A DNA stretch of 64,000 nucleotides from the NCBI GenBank assembly GCA_965202585.1, contig OZ241829.1, forward strand, positions 1,178,001-1,242,000. Reading direction: 5' to 3'. This DNA comes from Thalia democratica (lineage: Eukaryota). The stretch's first letter is position 1; the number at the start of each line of letters is the position of its first letter. Below are positions 50,201 to 60,803 of the stretch, one piece after another. The translations under genes and the position numbers were made by a program. The notes under the pieces were generated by a model. The model made no database searches and was not told where the DNA came from. It saw only the letters and a list, made by a program, of their open reading frames with translations.

Positions 50201-53200
50201 CAATGAAAAGTCATAATATTGTAAAAAGCAATTTATTCTGGAACTAACATCTGAAGAATTGTGAACTTTTTGCTAAGTCAAAAGAACATTCATAGTTCAT
50301 AGTTGTTAACTATGATAAAAATATATATTATTATTTAGTAGATACTTTAAGGGTTATTGATTTTTTTTTCTGATTAGATTTAAATTATTTTGTCTGAAAA
50401 TAGATTAACCGTCTGAACTTTGAGCATTGTAACTATTGCAGATAAATAACATAAATATTTTTTGTCTACAAGTATAACTTGTATATAATACTTTAGTTGT
50501 TTATAAAACAACATTGATTAATGCAATTTAAATATGGACAAAAACTTCTTTTCATTATAACTATTTATCAAGTGTAAAAATAAACACATAAATTTTTCAA
50601 CGTGACCTATGTATAAAAAAATGTCGTAAAATGTTTAAACAGTCACAAAGTAAGAAAAATAAACATAATTTTTATTGATTTATGTATGTGCATTATTTAT
50701 GTATATTGACTTAAGAATTGTTGGAAAGCAAATAGATAAAAGGTATAAGCAAAAAAGAGTATTTTTAAATTTACAAGCCAGACTTAGTACATGAAAACTT
50801 ATTTAAATAAACACAACATAAATATTTTATGTTTTTTTTAATTATTTTTACAGTATCATAATTAAATGACAAAAATTTATTTCAATTATCAAACATTCAC
50901 AACAGTCCTAAAACAAACTATTAAAAGATATGAAACAAAAAAGAATGATAGTAAAATGTATACTAAGTGCAGTCTAATAAAATACTCTTTTTTTTAACTC
51001 CCGAAATTTTAAGTACATTAACTGGATATATTTTTATTTAAAACTTTATTTCATTTCAAAAACACAAAAATCAAACAGTGTATAAATCACGAGTTTGTAT
51101 TTATTATTTTATAACAAAATTGTGAAAAATTTACAACCAGCACATAAAAATTCCTTAGCTGATAATTAAATTAAGAATGTTTAAATCTTTAAAATGATGT
51201 CAAAAGTTTAACACACACATAAAGCTCCTTTATCACGTAAGTAAAAGTAAACAAAACAACAAATTGTTGAAATCAAAAGCAACTTTTATTTGTACAACAT
51301 CTCCAATACAAAGGTGTTCAAATATTTCAAAACAAAGATATCATTTATCTCAGCTTTCGAAAGGAGAGTGCTTAAACAAACAAAAACATTTGGTTGCTAG
51401 TTTAAAACTCTTATCATCTTTGTATTTATGTATCATTTATAGTATTATTTGCTTTTATAAAACTGTTTGAAACTTTAAAATAAGTTATTTATCTCAAAAG
51501 GCTGTTCATAAAGTAAATACTAAGTAAACATTATATTAAGTAATTCGTTACCATTAAAGTTTTAAATGATACTAAAAAATTATTTAGGACCTTAAAATTT
51601 TGAAACCTAAATAAAGTTGTTGTATAAATAAAGCCGATTTTTAAAAGTTTTGTTTAATGAAAATTATTTATTTAAAATCTAATAGTTATAAACTTTTTTT
51701 CTAGTTTTTATAACTACTGCAACATTACATTCATGTTTGTTTCATTAATTAACTTTACTTGCAAATAAAACTACTAACTTAAACGTTTTGTAAATGACTA
51801 TCCTTATCTATATTTTTAAACAATGTTACAAAAGTAAAGGTATTTATATATGGATTAAACTTTATGATTAAGCAAAATGTTGAATAAATATTTGATGGTG
51901 ATAAAATCTAACAACGCTGATAAATTATAAAATTTGAAAAGTATTGTAAAGTATGAAACTTGAGCAAAAAAAGTAATTAAAGTAAAGTATTAGTTTTTTA
52001 TTTAAAACTACTAAAAGAACTTGATAGTACTCCAAACAATATAACTATAAAATAAAAACCTTGTAAATTTTTTTGAAATATAATTTTGATATGTATAGTA
52101 TTAAGATAAAACAAAAAAGAATCACAAAAAAACAATTTACATATTACAATATTGTTACTGTAAACTACTAAAAGTAAAAAAAAAGTTTAAAATACAAAGA
52201 ACTTTTAATAAAAACACTTGATCACCTTTAAATGCACTCACTTATAGTATTTCTTAAAGGTAACTTAAATTTTTCCAATACTTTATGACCTAGCTAATGA
52301 AATCAAAAGTAGTTTGTGGTACCATAATGAAGTGTAATGTAGCAATTTTAAATTTGTGCTTAAAATTAAATCTCCTATTTTTAAGAACTTAAAAATATTG
52401 TGAAAGCAGTTATTTATTATTTTTGTCAGATTTAACAAAATATTTAAAATATTTGCATATAAATAAAACATACATATGAAAAACTAAATAATCTTTTAAG
52501 TAATTCAAAAACGTTTTATAAATTTAATCTATATTCAAACATCCTGAAAAAAATCAAAATGTTACTAATTACTTCATAAAAATTTTACTATTTACATATA
52601 ATTTATCATACAAGTTATTTCTATTTTTACTGAAAATTTAAAGATTTTGTTGGTTAAGGAATTAATTAAATTTAAATCAACGTTTGATTTTATTAAAAAT
52701 ATCTAAATTAAAAATAAATTCTTTAAAATAATAGCATAATGGTTGTTATTTCAAAAATAACAAAGCAAGCTTTTATAGATATGCAAGTTACTAAAATAAA
52801 AGTACTGAATAAAATAAATTGAAGCTCTCAAATATTAAAAGATTTATACAGAAATTAATTCATAAAGAATTTTACACTGTTGTATTATCCTTTTTTTTTT
52901 TGAGTTATTTTTTATATAATTGATAATTTTGATGAAGACTAATCAAATAAAATTCCTAAAGTCCTAAATTAAACTTGAAGTACTTTTTTATTCCAACACT
53001 TGAAAACCACAAAAGCATTTAATTGAAAAAAATTTAATAAGTTTTAAGCTGTTATTTTATTTTTACATACTTGTATCTAAAAACTTGTAAAATAAAAGTG
53101 AACAAATTTACTTCAAAAGAAAACTTTGTATAACACTACTAACCTATATTATTTTTTTAATTTAAACTTCTTTATTAATGACTGATTTAAATTGTTTTTC

Positions 53201-55913
53201 TCAAAACTAATTAATAAATACCGTGGGAGTTAAAATATTTTTCAAACAAGCTTAATTTAAATAGCACTAATGAGGCTTAATATATAGATTATTGCCTGAT
53301 AAATAAATTTTATTAAGTTTTGTTTTGTTTCAAAATTGAATAAGACATCTGTATTCATAAGTTAGTCGAAACAATTTGAAAAGTAAGCTTACAAATTGAA
53401 ACAATTAACCAACTTTTGTTTGTCATGTGGCTGAATTTAGTAGCATACAAAAATATATAAATCACTTTTTAAGTTCAATAAAAACTATATCAAAATTATT
53501 AATGAGGATAAGAACTAAACTTAATCTTAAAGCAAAAAGTTTTAATAATATAAAATACTATTTAAAAATATTTTTAAAGTTAATTCTAACCTTATAATTC
53601 CACAAAAAAGTAAACTTTCTTAACAGAGATTCTAAAATATCTTGGAACATTCTACTTTTCATCAATTTTTTATGCGCTTATCACACAAATATACAACTTA
53701 TAAAAGGTTTGTGAGCGTTTATAAAGTATAAAAATTGAAAATAAATAAACAATATAGAATTTTGACTCCCTAGTTTATATACTAAATTTCTTATAAGTTT
53801 ATCCTTACAATAAAAGCCTTTGTATTAATAAACTTAAATTTTTGAATAACATACAATAAAAAATATCAGAACTTTAATACACATCAATTAAATCATTTTT
53901 GTTTTAGGAAGTATTATATTACATTTTACTTTATGCCATGTAGATATACAAGTATTTACTACAATCTATTAGCAAATAACTGAGTTTCGCTTTTTACATA
54001 TTATAAAAAAAATTAACAAGACTTATATATCTAATTAGCGCTAATAATTCCATAAATAACACATTAGATATTTAAAAATAGTAGTTTTAGAAAGTAATAA
54101 ACATCATATTCTTAGAAAATAAATATAAATCATATTTACTACATAGTAATTGTATTGATAAAAATAAACGGACTAGTAACATCAAACTAGTGCTGATGAA
54201 TTGGAAAAGAAACATTCAACTACTTAATATGAACAATAACTAATAAACTTTTAAGAATCTATCATTTTTCGTTGTATTTTTCTTTTGACGGTTAGTTTAA
54301 ACGTTCAAGCATACTACCTATTTACTATCAATAAACTACTTAATAATACTACACAATAAGATTGGTATTCTGCACTTTAATATACTTACATTGTATTACC
54401 AATAATAAACAACAAACTCTTACGGTTGCCTTTTAAAAATGCAATATGATTACTGTATATGTTTTAGTATATGTTCTAGATACAACATAATATAACCTTG
54501 TCAAGATTATATTTCATTTTGTATACATAATTCTGTCATATACTACAATACTACATTTTATCATTATTATTTATTTATTACCTCTCTCTGTTGTCTTTCC
54601 AACTCCCTCATTCTGATTTCTCTTGCTTCAATTCGCGCTGCTCTTTTCATTGCAAGTCGCGCTTCGGCCTGTGTGTAATAAATAACGTTATATTAATTTA
54701 ATTAACTTTTACTTATATTAGGTGTACTAACTTATTAATGTTATTTATTAATTTATTATGTAACTCTTGCTGCACGTTTGATTGCAAGTCATGCTTCAGC
54801 ATGAGTTAAATAATATACTTCAATAACAGTTTTGAAAAATGATAGCAACAAAATGTGAAAAAATGCAATCTTTCTTGATAATGAGTTTAAACATACTGAA
54901 TTAGTTCCACAACTATATACATATATATCTATCAAATTAAAATAAATACCTTAAGAAACTATTTAGAGTTTTTTAACAGTAAAACTACAGTCCAAAAAAT
55001 ATGTTCACAAACTTATATTGTTATCAAACATACAACTTGTTTTTTATAATTTACCTAGACTTAAGACAAGCTAGTAGTATATTGTACTACTAATAAATTT
55101 TTTTTAAAGTGAACAAAATTATAAATATAGTCTTAAACTTTTTTAAACATTTAAATCTTTGCTAAGCTGCACCTAACTTTTACCAGATAAAACAAATTTT
55201 TCATGAAACCAAGCTGTCAATAATTGTGAAACTTGTACTAAATTTAAGCAAAATATATAAAAAAAACATATTGTGTAGAATATCTTCATTTAAAAAGTAA
55301 GGATGACCCACCTTAAAAAAAATTCCAATAAAAAATATTAAATATACTTTAATTGAGTGCAAATTAATGTACTTTATGTTTTAACTGACCAACATATCAT
55401 GAACATTTTATTCAAAATTAAAAACATTTTGATAATTTTTAAGTTCAAAATTATACCTGTGTTACAAAAACAATTTGACCATCTTTATAAGAATAAGGTT
55501 TTTAAACATTATTTAATAAAATATTCATCTTTTTAACTGAATTCAGGCTACTTCGATAAACTACTTGTCAAAATTAAACCAGTAAACAGTGTATATGTTC
55601 TAAGCTGTAAACAAGTAAACAACCTTTGAACTTAAACGCATTTTAGTAAACAAGTCAAAGCCAAAAAGTAAAAAAAAAACTAATACATCACAATTAGAAC
55701 AAAAAACTTTGATTATCACTTCAACATAATTTATCACTTAATAAGATTATAAAGTTTATACCAAAAGCCTTTGTGAAAAACAATAGACAATACCCAAATA
55801 AATTTTCAATTAATATTAATATTTTATACCTCTTTAGCAATCTGATTGAGGGTTTCATCCTCCATATTCTGAGGTCTTCCACTCCTACGTTTTGGATTGT
55901 GGCGTGTTGACAT
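14139..55913 (-). CDS. LRRFIP2: LRRFIP1/2 orthologue (leucine-rich repeat flightless-interacting protein); canonical isoform about 385 aa
   Basis: Exons 55913-55830, 54668-54582, 45531-45520 (microexon), 30386-30270, 24415-24326, 23686-23606, 20637-20545, 18878-18716, 18080-18031, 17156-17051, 15616-15537, 14596-14492 and 14228-14139 sum to 1158 nt in frame. Recognisable LRRFIP blocks: [11 protein letters not shown]|[29 protein letters not shown]; [26 protein letters not shown]; [10 protein letters not shown]; [24 protein letters not shown]...HLEKRL. The symbol reflects closest remembered similarity; this is probably the single co-orthologue of LRRFIP1 and LRRFIP2. Confidence 0.95.
14492..14596 (-). 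CDS. LRRFIP2: LRRFIP exon
   Basis: [35 protein letters not shown]; AG/GT flanks, phase 0-0. Confidence 0.93.
14784..15022. mobile_element. MITE with CAGGGTTG TIRs
   Basis: CAGGGTTGCCAC at 14784 and GACAACCCTG ending at 15022 (the inverted match extends to ATG/CAT flanks); no TSD recognised. Confidence 0.65.
15537..15616 (-). CDS. LRRFIP2: LRRFIP exon
   Basis: (R)[26 protein letters not shown]; phase 1-0; donor GTTAGT. Confidence 0.92.
15701..15956 (-). mobile_element. hAT-like MITE family 1, inverted copy
   Basis: TIRs CAGGGTTTCTCAAA and TTTGGGAAACTCTG; internal gctcttc..acatctagtgtaagcttcaaattatg is the reverse complement of the core in the 16725 and 60383 copies; TSD not preserved. Confidence 0.75.
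16725..16945 (+). mobile_element. hAT-like MITE family 1 with 8-bp TSD
   Basis: Left TIR CAGGGTTTCCCAAAC, decayed right TIR GTTTGTGAAACCATA, perfect 8-bp flanking direct repeat ATGTATAA (16717-16724 and 16946-16953). An 8-bp TSD is typical of hAT. Confidence 0.85.
17051..17156 (-). CDS. LRRFIP2: LRRFIP exon
   Basis: [35 protein letters not shown](R); phase 0-1; donor GTTAGT. Confidence 0.9.
18031..18080 (-). CDS. LRRFIP2: LRRFIP exon
   Basis: (D)[16 protein letters not shown]; phase 1-0. Confidence 0.9.
18635..18673 (-). CDS. Candidate duplicated 39-nt LRRFIP exon
   Basis: (V)[12 protein letters not shown] with donor G|GTAAAA; paralogous to the last 13 codons of the exon ending at 18716 and separated from it by 42 nt. 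Confidence 0.5.
18716..18878 (-). CDS. LRRFIP2: LRRFIP exon
   Basis: [11 protein letters not shown]...[20 protein letters not shown]; phase 0-1. Confidence 0.92.
20545..20637 (-). CDS. LRRFIP2: LRRFIP exon
   Basis: [31 protein letters not shown]; phase 0-0. Confidence 0.92.
22641..23066 (+). mobile_element. MITE family 2 (CAGGGTTGCCA TIR)
   Basis: CAGGGTTGCCAAA and TTTGGCAACTCTT ends; subterminal TCCAGGTTTTTCCAGGA and internal blocks shared with the 60108-60803 copy. Confidence 0.78.
23606..23686 (-). CDS. LRRFIP2: LRRFIP exon
   Basis: [27 protein letters not shown]; phase 0-0; donor GTTAGT. Confidence 0.9.
23905..24314. repeat. Diverged direct tandem duplication, 2 units of about 200-210 bp, intronic
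   Basis: Units start with CTAACCATA at 23905 and 24116 and share ctttaaataa.tttgaatacatttatt and taagcttatctt.taaatatgaa. Confidence 0.85.
24326..24415 (-). CDS. LRRFIP2: LRRFIP exon
   Basis: [30 protein letters not shown]; phase 0-0. Confidence 0.94.
30270..30386 (-). CDS. LRRFIP2: LRRFIP exon (Ser-rich; first exon common to all proposed N-termini)
   Basis: [39 protein letters not shown]; phase 0-0; donor GTTGGT; the SELR end matches LRRFIP2. Confidence 0.85.
30585..30638 (+). ncRNA. Minimal type I hammerhead ribozyme motif with G12>A substitution (Penelope-type relic)
   Basis: ATTTATTTTTGCA-CTGACGA-GGTC/TTT/GACC-AAAA-C(TTA)G-TT-TGTAAAATAAAT: stem I, CUGANGA core, 4-bp stem II, 2-bp stem III, GUU cleavage triplet; the conserved GAAA reads AAAA. 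Confidence 0.62.
32274..34715 (-). CDS. Giant alternative first coding exon of LRRFIP (814 codons; acidic, disordered, N-myristoylation motif)
   Basis: Track ORF 32262-34715. It starts MGNENS with an in-frame TAA just upstream. A phase-0 donor (CAG AGG|GTTAGT) at 32273, three codons before the ORF stop, matches the phase-0 acceptor at 30386. It lies inside the LRRFIP locus on the same strand. Coding status is clear; attachment to LRRFIP is inferred. Confidence 0.8.
41267..41335 (-). CDS. Candidate short alternative first coding exon of LRRFIP
   Basis: ATG-initiated, 23 open codons [23 protein letters not shown], ending at a strong phase-0 donor CAG|GTGAGA; CpG-containing island within AT-rich intron. 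Confidence 0.5.
41444..42126. mobile_element. Non-autonomous DNA transposon with TTAA target site, Kolobok-like
   Basis: TTAA|GGCATAGGGGGGAGGTCC and GGACCCCCCCTATGCCC|TTAA. TTAA TSDs with purine-start termini fit Kolobok better than piggyBac (CCC start). Internal inverted repeat CTAAAAATCTATCTTCTCC / GAGGAGATAGATTTTTAG. Confidence 0.8.
45520..45531 (-). CDS. Candidate 12-nt LRRFIP microexon (FDRK)
   Basis: catatactttgcag|TTTGACAGGAAG|gtaagt; phase 0-0; gives QQRE-FDRK-S, resembling QQKE-LDEKS of LRRFIP2 as I recall it. Confidence 0.6.
54582..54668 (-). CDS. LRRFIP2: LRRFIP exon 2 (conserved N-terminal helix)
   Basis: [29 protein letters not shown]; canonical AG/GT flanks; phase 0-0. Confidence 0.96.
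54762..54800 (-). pseudogene. Dead partial duplicate of LRRFIP exon 2
   Basis: gct gaa gca tga ctt gca atc aaa cgt gca gca aga gtt = [12 protein letters not shown] versus [13 protein letters not shown]; no AG acceptor; premature TGA. Confidence 0.75.
55830..55913 (-). CDS. LRRFIP2: LRRFIP canonical first coding exon
   Basis: [28 protein letters not shown]; donor GAG|GTATAA, phase 0. Confidence 0.93.
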
Positions 55914-57279
55914 TTTATGTTAAAAAGCTTAAAACTTTTGTGAACAATTTGTTATCCTTAAGAAGTTATGTTTAAGTGTTTATTAAATTAACAGATAAAA
56001 CTTAGCTTGAAAAGTTTAGTGATGATAAAATTTTATACAACTTAACTTTTCATAATTTTTAAAACAGTACAGATACTTTTAATTACATTTTATTTCATAC
56101 TTTTTCAATTTAATATGTTATAATTGTATTTATATATTATAATATAATATATTTAAATTATGTTTATATATATATATATATCTATAATTTATCTTAAAGT
56201 TTTGAAAATAAGTTTATTTTCTTTTTCTCTTTTTGTGTGTCCTGTTTAAGTGGCTCAGGTTTTGATGCCTGAGTCCAACATTGCACAATAAACAACATAA
56301 CAATCATAAGAGAAAATCAGGTTTCTTAAGGGCAAAGGGGAGTAAACTTGATCTTATTCTTGAGTTTTAAATATGCTACAAGTTGATTTTTACAGATGTT
56401 TATACTCAAACAAATTTTTGAGATACAACCAGTCAAAGTTGGAGAGTACAATAGAGTCCTTGAAGGAGGAGCAAACTAACAAAAACTATTTAACTAAAAT
56501 TCTATCTCCTCCTACGTTTTTTGAAAAAAAAAACATAAATTTTAAAGTAATGATTCTTGCAATGATTTTTTTTAAATTTCAAAACAAAATCTTTACAGCC
56601 AATACTTAAAATGTTTTTACTTTTTTGTTTATTATTTTAATGTGTTTTTAGTTAGAAACTTAACAATTCCTATAAGAGATATTTTTCCAGAAGTGTGACA
56701 AATCTTGTTAGCTCAAAATTAAATGACATCACTTTTGCACGTTAGGTCACTTTGACATTTTGAATATGCACAATAAATTAAATATGAGGTGTAGCTTGGT
56801 AGAATCTCTAAATAGTCACATGAAAATCACCACTTACATGAAAATCAAGAAACTACTGGTTCAAAATATTCAAACGTTACTAATCATTTAAAAAACATAT
56901 GATAATTATTACAATATTACACTTTTAACTATTAACATTTTAAACAAGTTGATAAACTTATACTAGTTTTGTTATAAATTATCTAGTTTTAAATTTACAT
57001 TTTGGGACTTTATGTTGAGGTCTTAAGGTAATAGTTATTAGCTAAAAAAGACTAATTGAGCAAAAGTTACAATCCATAAAAACATTTAACTATACAAAAA
57101 AAGGTACTCTTTGAAAAGGGCAAACATGTCACTTAAACTTAACATAAAAATGATTTATAAGTACATTAATTCATAACCTTTGTTTAAACTGTTGCTAACT
57201 TTGTTTTATCTGTTGCAGTTTTTTATTTGTTGTTATACTTTAGAAACTTTTATTAAGTTCTTAACTTTTATGTTATAAT

Positions 57280-57521
57280 CAGGGTGGCTACTTAACCTGG
57301 AATCCTGGAATATAATGGAATAACCTGGATTTTGAAAATTCTTGCAATTAAAAATAGGAAATACTTAGAATTTGATACCTAATCAAACTTTCATTACTTT
57401 ACATGTAAAAATATTATAAAATTCAAGATTTTTCCAGGATTTTAGTGATTTTAATCAAAGTTCCAAGTTTTGAAAGTTATTTTTACTAAATTGTCAAAAT
57501 CCAGGACTTTTGGCAACTCTG
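57280..57521 (-). mobile_element. MITE related to family 2, inverted
   Basis: Ends CAGGGTGGCTA and TGGCAACTCTG; subterminal AACCTGGAATCCTGGAA is the reverse complement of the family-2 TCCAGG repeats. Confidence 0.6.
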
Positions 57522-57527
57522 AAAAAC

Positions 57528-58001
57528 GGCAACAGGTCAAACATGCACAAAGACACTTTTGCACAAAAGGTCATTTTTGCACAAAAGTAAAAATAAAAAT
57601 ATATATATATTGAAAAAAAAAGATAAATTAAAAAAGAAAAAAAAAAAAAAGTTGACAACCAAGGGTAAGGGTTAGGGGTATAGTGATTACCTAAAACAAA
57701 AATAACTAATAAAAAACTTTAATGAAAAAACTAGAAAATATTAAAACAAACTAACTAGTTAAAAAAAAAAGAAAAAAAGCTTTTGACCAAGGGTAAGGAT
57801 AGGCTAGGGGTGACAGTGATAGTAAAAATAAAATAAAATAAAGTTTTAAAATAAATAAATAAATTAAAATTAAAAAATTTTAACCAGTGCAAAAGTGTCT
57901 TTGTGCATAAATGACCCTTTGTGCAAAAATGTCTTTGTGATTTTTCATACAAAGTTGTCTTTGTGCAAAAGTGTCCCTTTGTGTACATTTAACACCTACC
58001 C
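57528..58001. mobile_element. MULE/foldback-like non-autonomous element, copy 1, 9-bp TSD
   Basis: Perfect 9-bp TSD CTGAAAAAC (57519-57527 and 58002-58010); inverted subterminal arrays of GCACAAAGACACTTTT-like units; internal GGGTAAGGGTTAGGGGT motifs. Confidence 0.82.
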
Positions 58002-58025
58002 CTGAAAAACAGACTTGACAAATAT

Positions 58026-58622
58026 GGGAACCAGTCAAATATGCACAAATATACAATTTTGCACATAAAGATATTTTTGCAGAAAAAAATTTGCACAAAG
58101 ACGTTTTTGCACTTTTACACAAAAGTAAAAAACTTAATTAAATTATAACAGTAAAAAACAATACATTTAAAAAATAATAATAATAAAAATACCGACTGAG
58201 GGTAAAGGTTAAAGGTAACAGTGATAGTAAAAATAAATAACAAAAAATATAATTAACTAAATAATATTCTAAAAAAAAAACAACAAAAAAAAAAAATAAT
58301 ATATTAAATTATTTAAAAAAAGTTACCAACCTAGGGTAAGGGTTAGGGGTAACAGAAATAAAAAAAAAAACCTTATAAAAATTATTAATCAAAAAAAAAA
58401 AGGATTTTTTTTAAATAAATAAAAAATTATAAAAAAAAATAATTACCCTTTGAGGGTAAGGGTTAGGGGTAATAGTGAATGTAAAAAAAATATGAAAAGT
58501 TAAATAAATAAAAAAGTTTAAAAAATTTCAACCAGTGCAAAAGTGTCTTTGTGAAAAATTGACTGTTTGTGCAAAAGTGTCTTTGTGTAAAAGTGTTCCT
58601 TTGTGGTTATTAGACCCTACCC
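58026..58622. mobile_element. MULE/foldback-like non-autonomous element, copy 2, 9-bp TSD
   Basis: TSD GACAAATAT / AACAAATAT (58017-58025 and 58623-58631, one mismatch); same inverted arrays; three internal GGGTAAGGGTTAGGGGT-type units. Confidence 0.82.
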
Positions 58623-58639
58623 AACAAATATATGTGATT

Positions 58640-59063
58640 TTTAAGGTTAAGTTTCAAATGGTTGTAAAATTGTTAATACATTTAATTAGAACAATAAAAA
58701 CAACAAGTTCACAACTGTACATTAGGATTTTTATAAAAAGTGTGACCTTTAAGTTTTCAGTTGAAAAGTGCTTTACTTGTGGCAATTTTCTCAAAAACAC
58801 CATACAGGTGTTGTTTTAGAAAATCAAAAATAAGCTTTATGTTGGTTTTACAGAATCAGCTTAAATTTTGCACAAGGTGTTTTTTTTTGAAAATTACCAA
58901 TGTAAAAAATTCCAGCTGAAGACGTCACATTTTTTACAAGCACTCTACTGGAAATTTAACAACATGTCTGCAAATCTTGAAGAGATTTTATAAAAAAATT
59001 ATAGGCTTAAGTGCTTGATCCAGTCTGACTTTTTCCAGTGAAAAAACAACAATAGCCACCCTG
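58640..59063. mobile_element. Decayed palindromic MITE-like element
   Basis: Inverted arms at about 58741-58800 and 58875-58928 (TGTGAC..TTCAG.TG.AA..AATTTTC..AAAAACACC); right end TAGCCACCCTG followed by TA; left end unresolved. Confidence 0.45.
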
Positions 59064-60107
59064 TATATTACTTAATAACTAATTCAATAACTATGACTCA
59101 ACTAAAAATATTCAAAATTGTAAAATATCAACAAACTATATTTTTATATAAATTGGGTTAAAATTTAGATAATTAACACATTATCTTCAATTGTATATTT
59201 ACAATTATTCATAAATATGCAATAAATGTGTAGTAAATTTGTAAAAAAAGGTTTTTAACAAGAACTGCAATCTAGCTGTCATCGATTGAAAACTATATCA
59301 AATTTTGCTTACAATTAAAATACCATAGTGTATAAAGCTTAATAAGTAAAATAATATAATAAGTATAATAAAGTATTAACTTACCAAAAAATAATCAACT
59401 TTTAAAGTATTTCAGTTTTTGAAGTGGTCAAACTAAAAACTAGTCCTTTTTTATGTAAAAAAAACTTGTCAAGTATTACATTTAGCAAACTAGTTTAATA
59501 ACTTATTTGGGTAAAACTGTTAGTGGTAAGACTCTGTTATAATGTAGTTTACAAAAACTATATAACTAGATTTACGTCATAATTTAACAACAATACACAG
59601 AAGCTGTCAAATTTTACTATTTTAGCTGAAATTTCTCAATTTAGACCTACTTATACTGACATTTTCCTATAGTAAGCAATTTTGGCTACCAGGGGTGTAG
59701 TAATTTGGTGTTTAACTAGTAATGAGGCAATATCTAGAAAATAAGAGTTTTTATTTTTCATCTTCTGCCAAGGGGGCATTTATGAGAACAATTTTTGACA
59801 ACCTTTATTGGGGCACTCAGTTGGTCTTATAATCAGATGAAACAACATAACATACTAGATAATTTGTAGTTGTGTAGCTTATAAATAATAGAACTCATTG
59901 TTACATTTTTTCATTTTTCAACTTCAAACTATTTAAAATGAATCTTTCCCTAAAAATATCATAAAACTTTCAGTTTTCAGAACTTGAATTGTTGTGTAAC
60001 TGTTGCAGATATATTTAACATTTTCAATCTCACTTATTGTTTAATCTTTATGATAACCTTAACTACACCACCACTGATACATTCAATTAAAGACAATTTC
60101 CTCTCAC

Positions 60108-60803
60108 CAGGCTTGCCAAATGTTTTTGGAAAATTTTCTCCAAGTTTTCAAAATTCTATACAGGTTTTTAAAATTACATGTTTTAGTGTCTACTTTTAGT
60201 TTAAATTTTAATCAAGTTAAACATAAAAAACTGTGTTAAACAGCATAGCAACATCAAAAAGATATCTCAAAATTTTTGAAAATGTGCTTTTTAGTAAAAA
60301 AAAACTTTTGATGAGGATAGAAAATGTTTAACTATATGATAGATTTTAGTGTCAAATTAAAATTTTACTACTAAACATGTAACCTTGGGGGCCATGACAG
60401 ATACTCAGGGGGCCATGAAGTAAAGGAGCCACAGGGGGCCATGAGGTCATAATTTGAAACTTACACTAGATATTCTTGAGTTGCAGATGAAGAGCATACA
60501 AAAAAAAAGTTATAATGATAGTGATAGAAACTTAGACTAGATGTTCTCGAGTTGCAGATGAAGAGCAAAAAAAAAGTCTTAAGTTTTTCAATGGTACTTT
60601 TTGAGTAATCTTGTTGAAGGGGGCCATGACTTTTTAAATTTCTTAAAAGGGGGCAAAAAAAGTTTGGGAAACCCTGATGTAACAGTTGTTCAAAACTCCA
60701 GGTTTTTTTAAAAATTTCCAAAGTTCCAGGTTTTTCCTGGATTATTTTTAGCCTGAATTTTAAATTCTAGGTTTTCCAGGATTCAAAGTTTTTTGCAACC
60801 CTA
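60108..60803 (+). mobile_element. MITE family 2 copy carrying a nested family 1 insertion
   Basis: CAGGCTTGCCAAA and TTTTGCAACCCTA ends; TCTCAC direct repeat on both flanks; interior colinear with 22641-23066 apart from the insert. Confidence 0.75.
60383..60676 (+). mobile_element. hAT-like MITE family 1, nested, left TIR deleted
   Basis: Intact right TIR GTTTGGGAAACCCTG; flanked on both sides by ATGTAAC; interior matches the 16725 copy and has an internal duplication of gaaactta.actagat.ttct.gagttgcagatgaagagca. Confidence 0.8.

Noticed and set aside
54188-54222. CTGATGA..GAAAC hammerhead-like string
   Set aside because: Stem II (ATTGGAAAA) cannot pair and stem I is only 4 bp; at best a heavily decayed relic.
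56373-56609. 78-aa plus-strand ORF and nearby GC-richer patch
   Set aside because: No recognisable domain, no compatible exon chain, antisense to the LRRFIP 5' region.
57528-58622. Repeat arrays as a CRISPR array, true interstitial telomere or G-quadruplex cluster
   Set aside because: Eukaryotic context; the repeats are inverted and bounded by TSDs, with no unique spacers or cas genes. Each G-rich unit has only three G-tracts and is not a tandem TTAGGG run.
59689-59820. CAGGGGTGTAG-starting GC-rich patch as a MITE
   Set aside because: Only one TIR-like end, no TSD and no second copy in the window.
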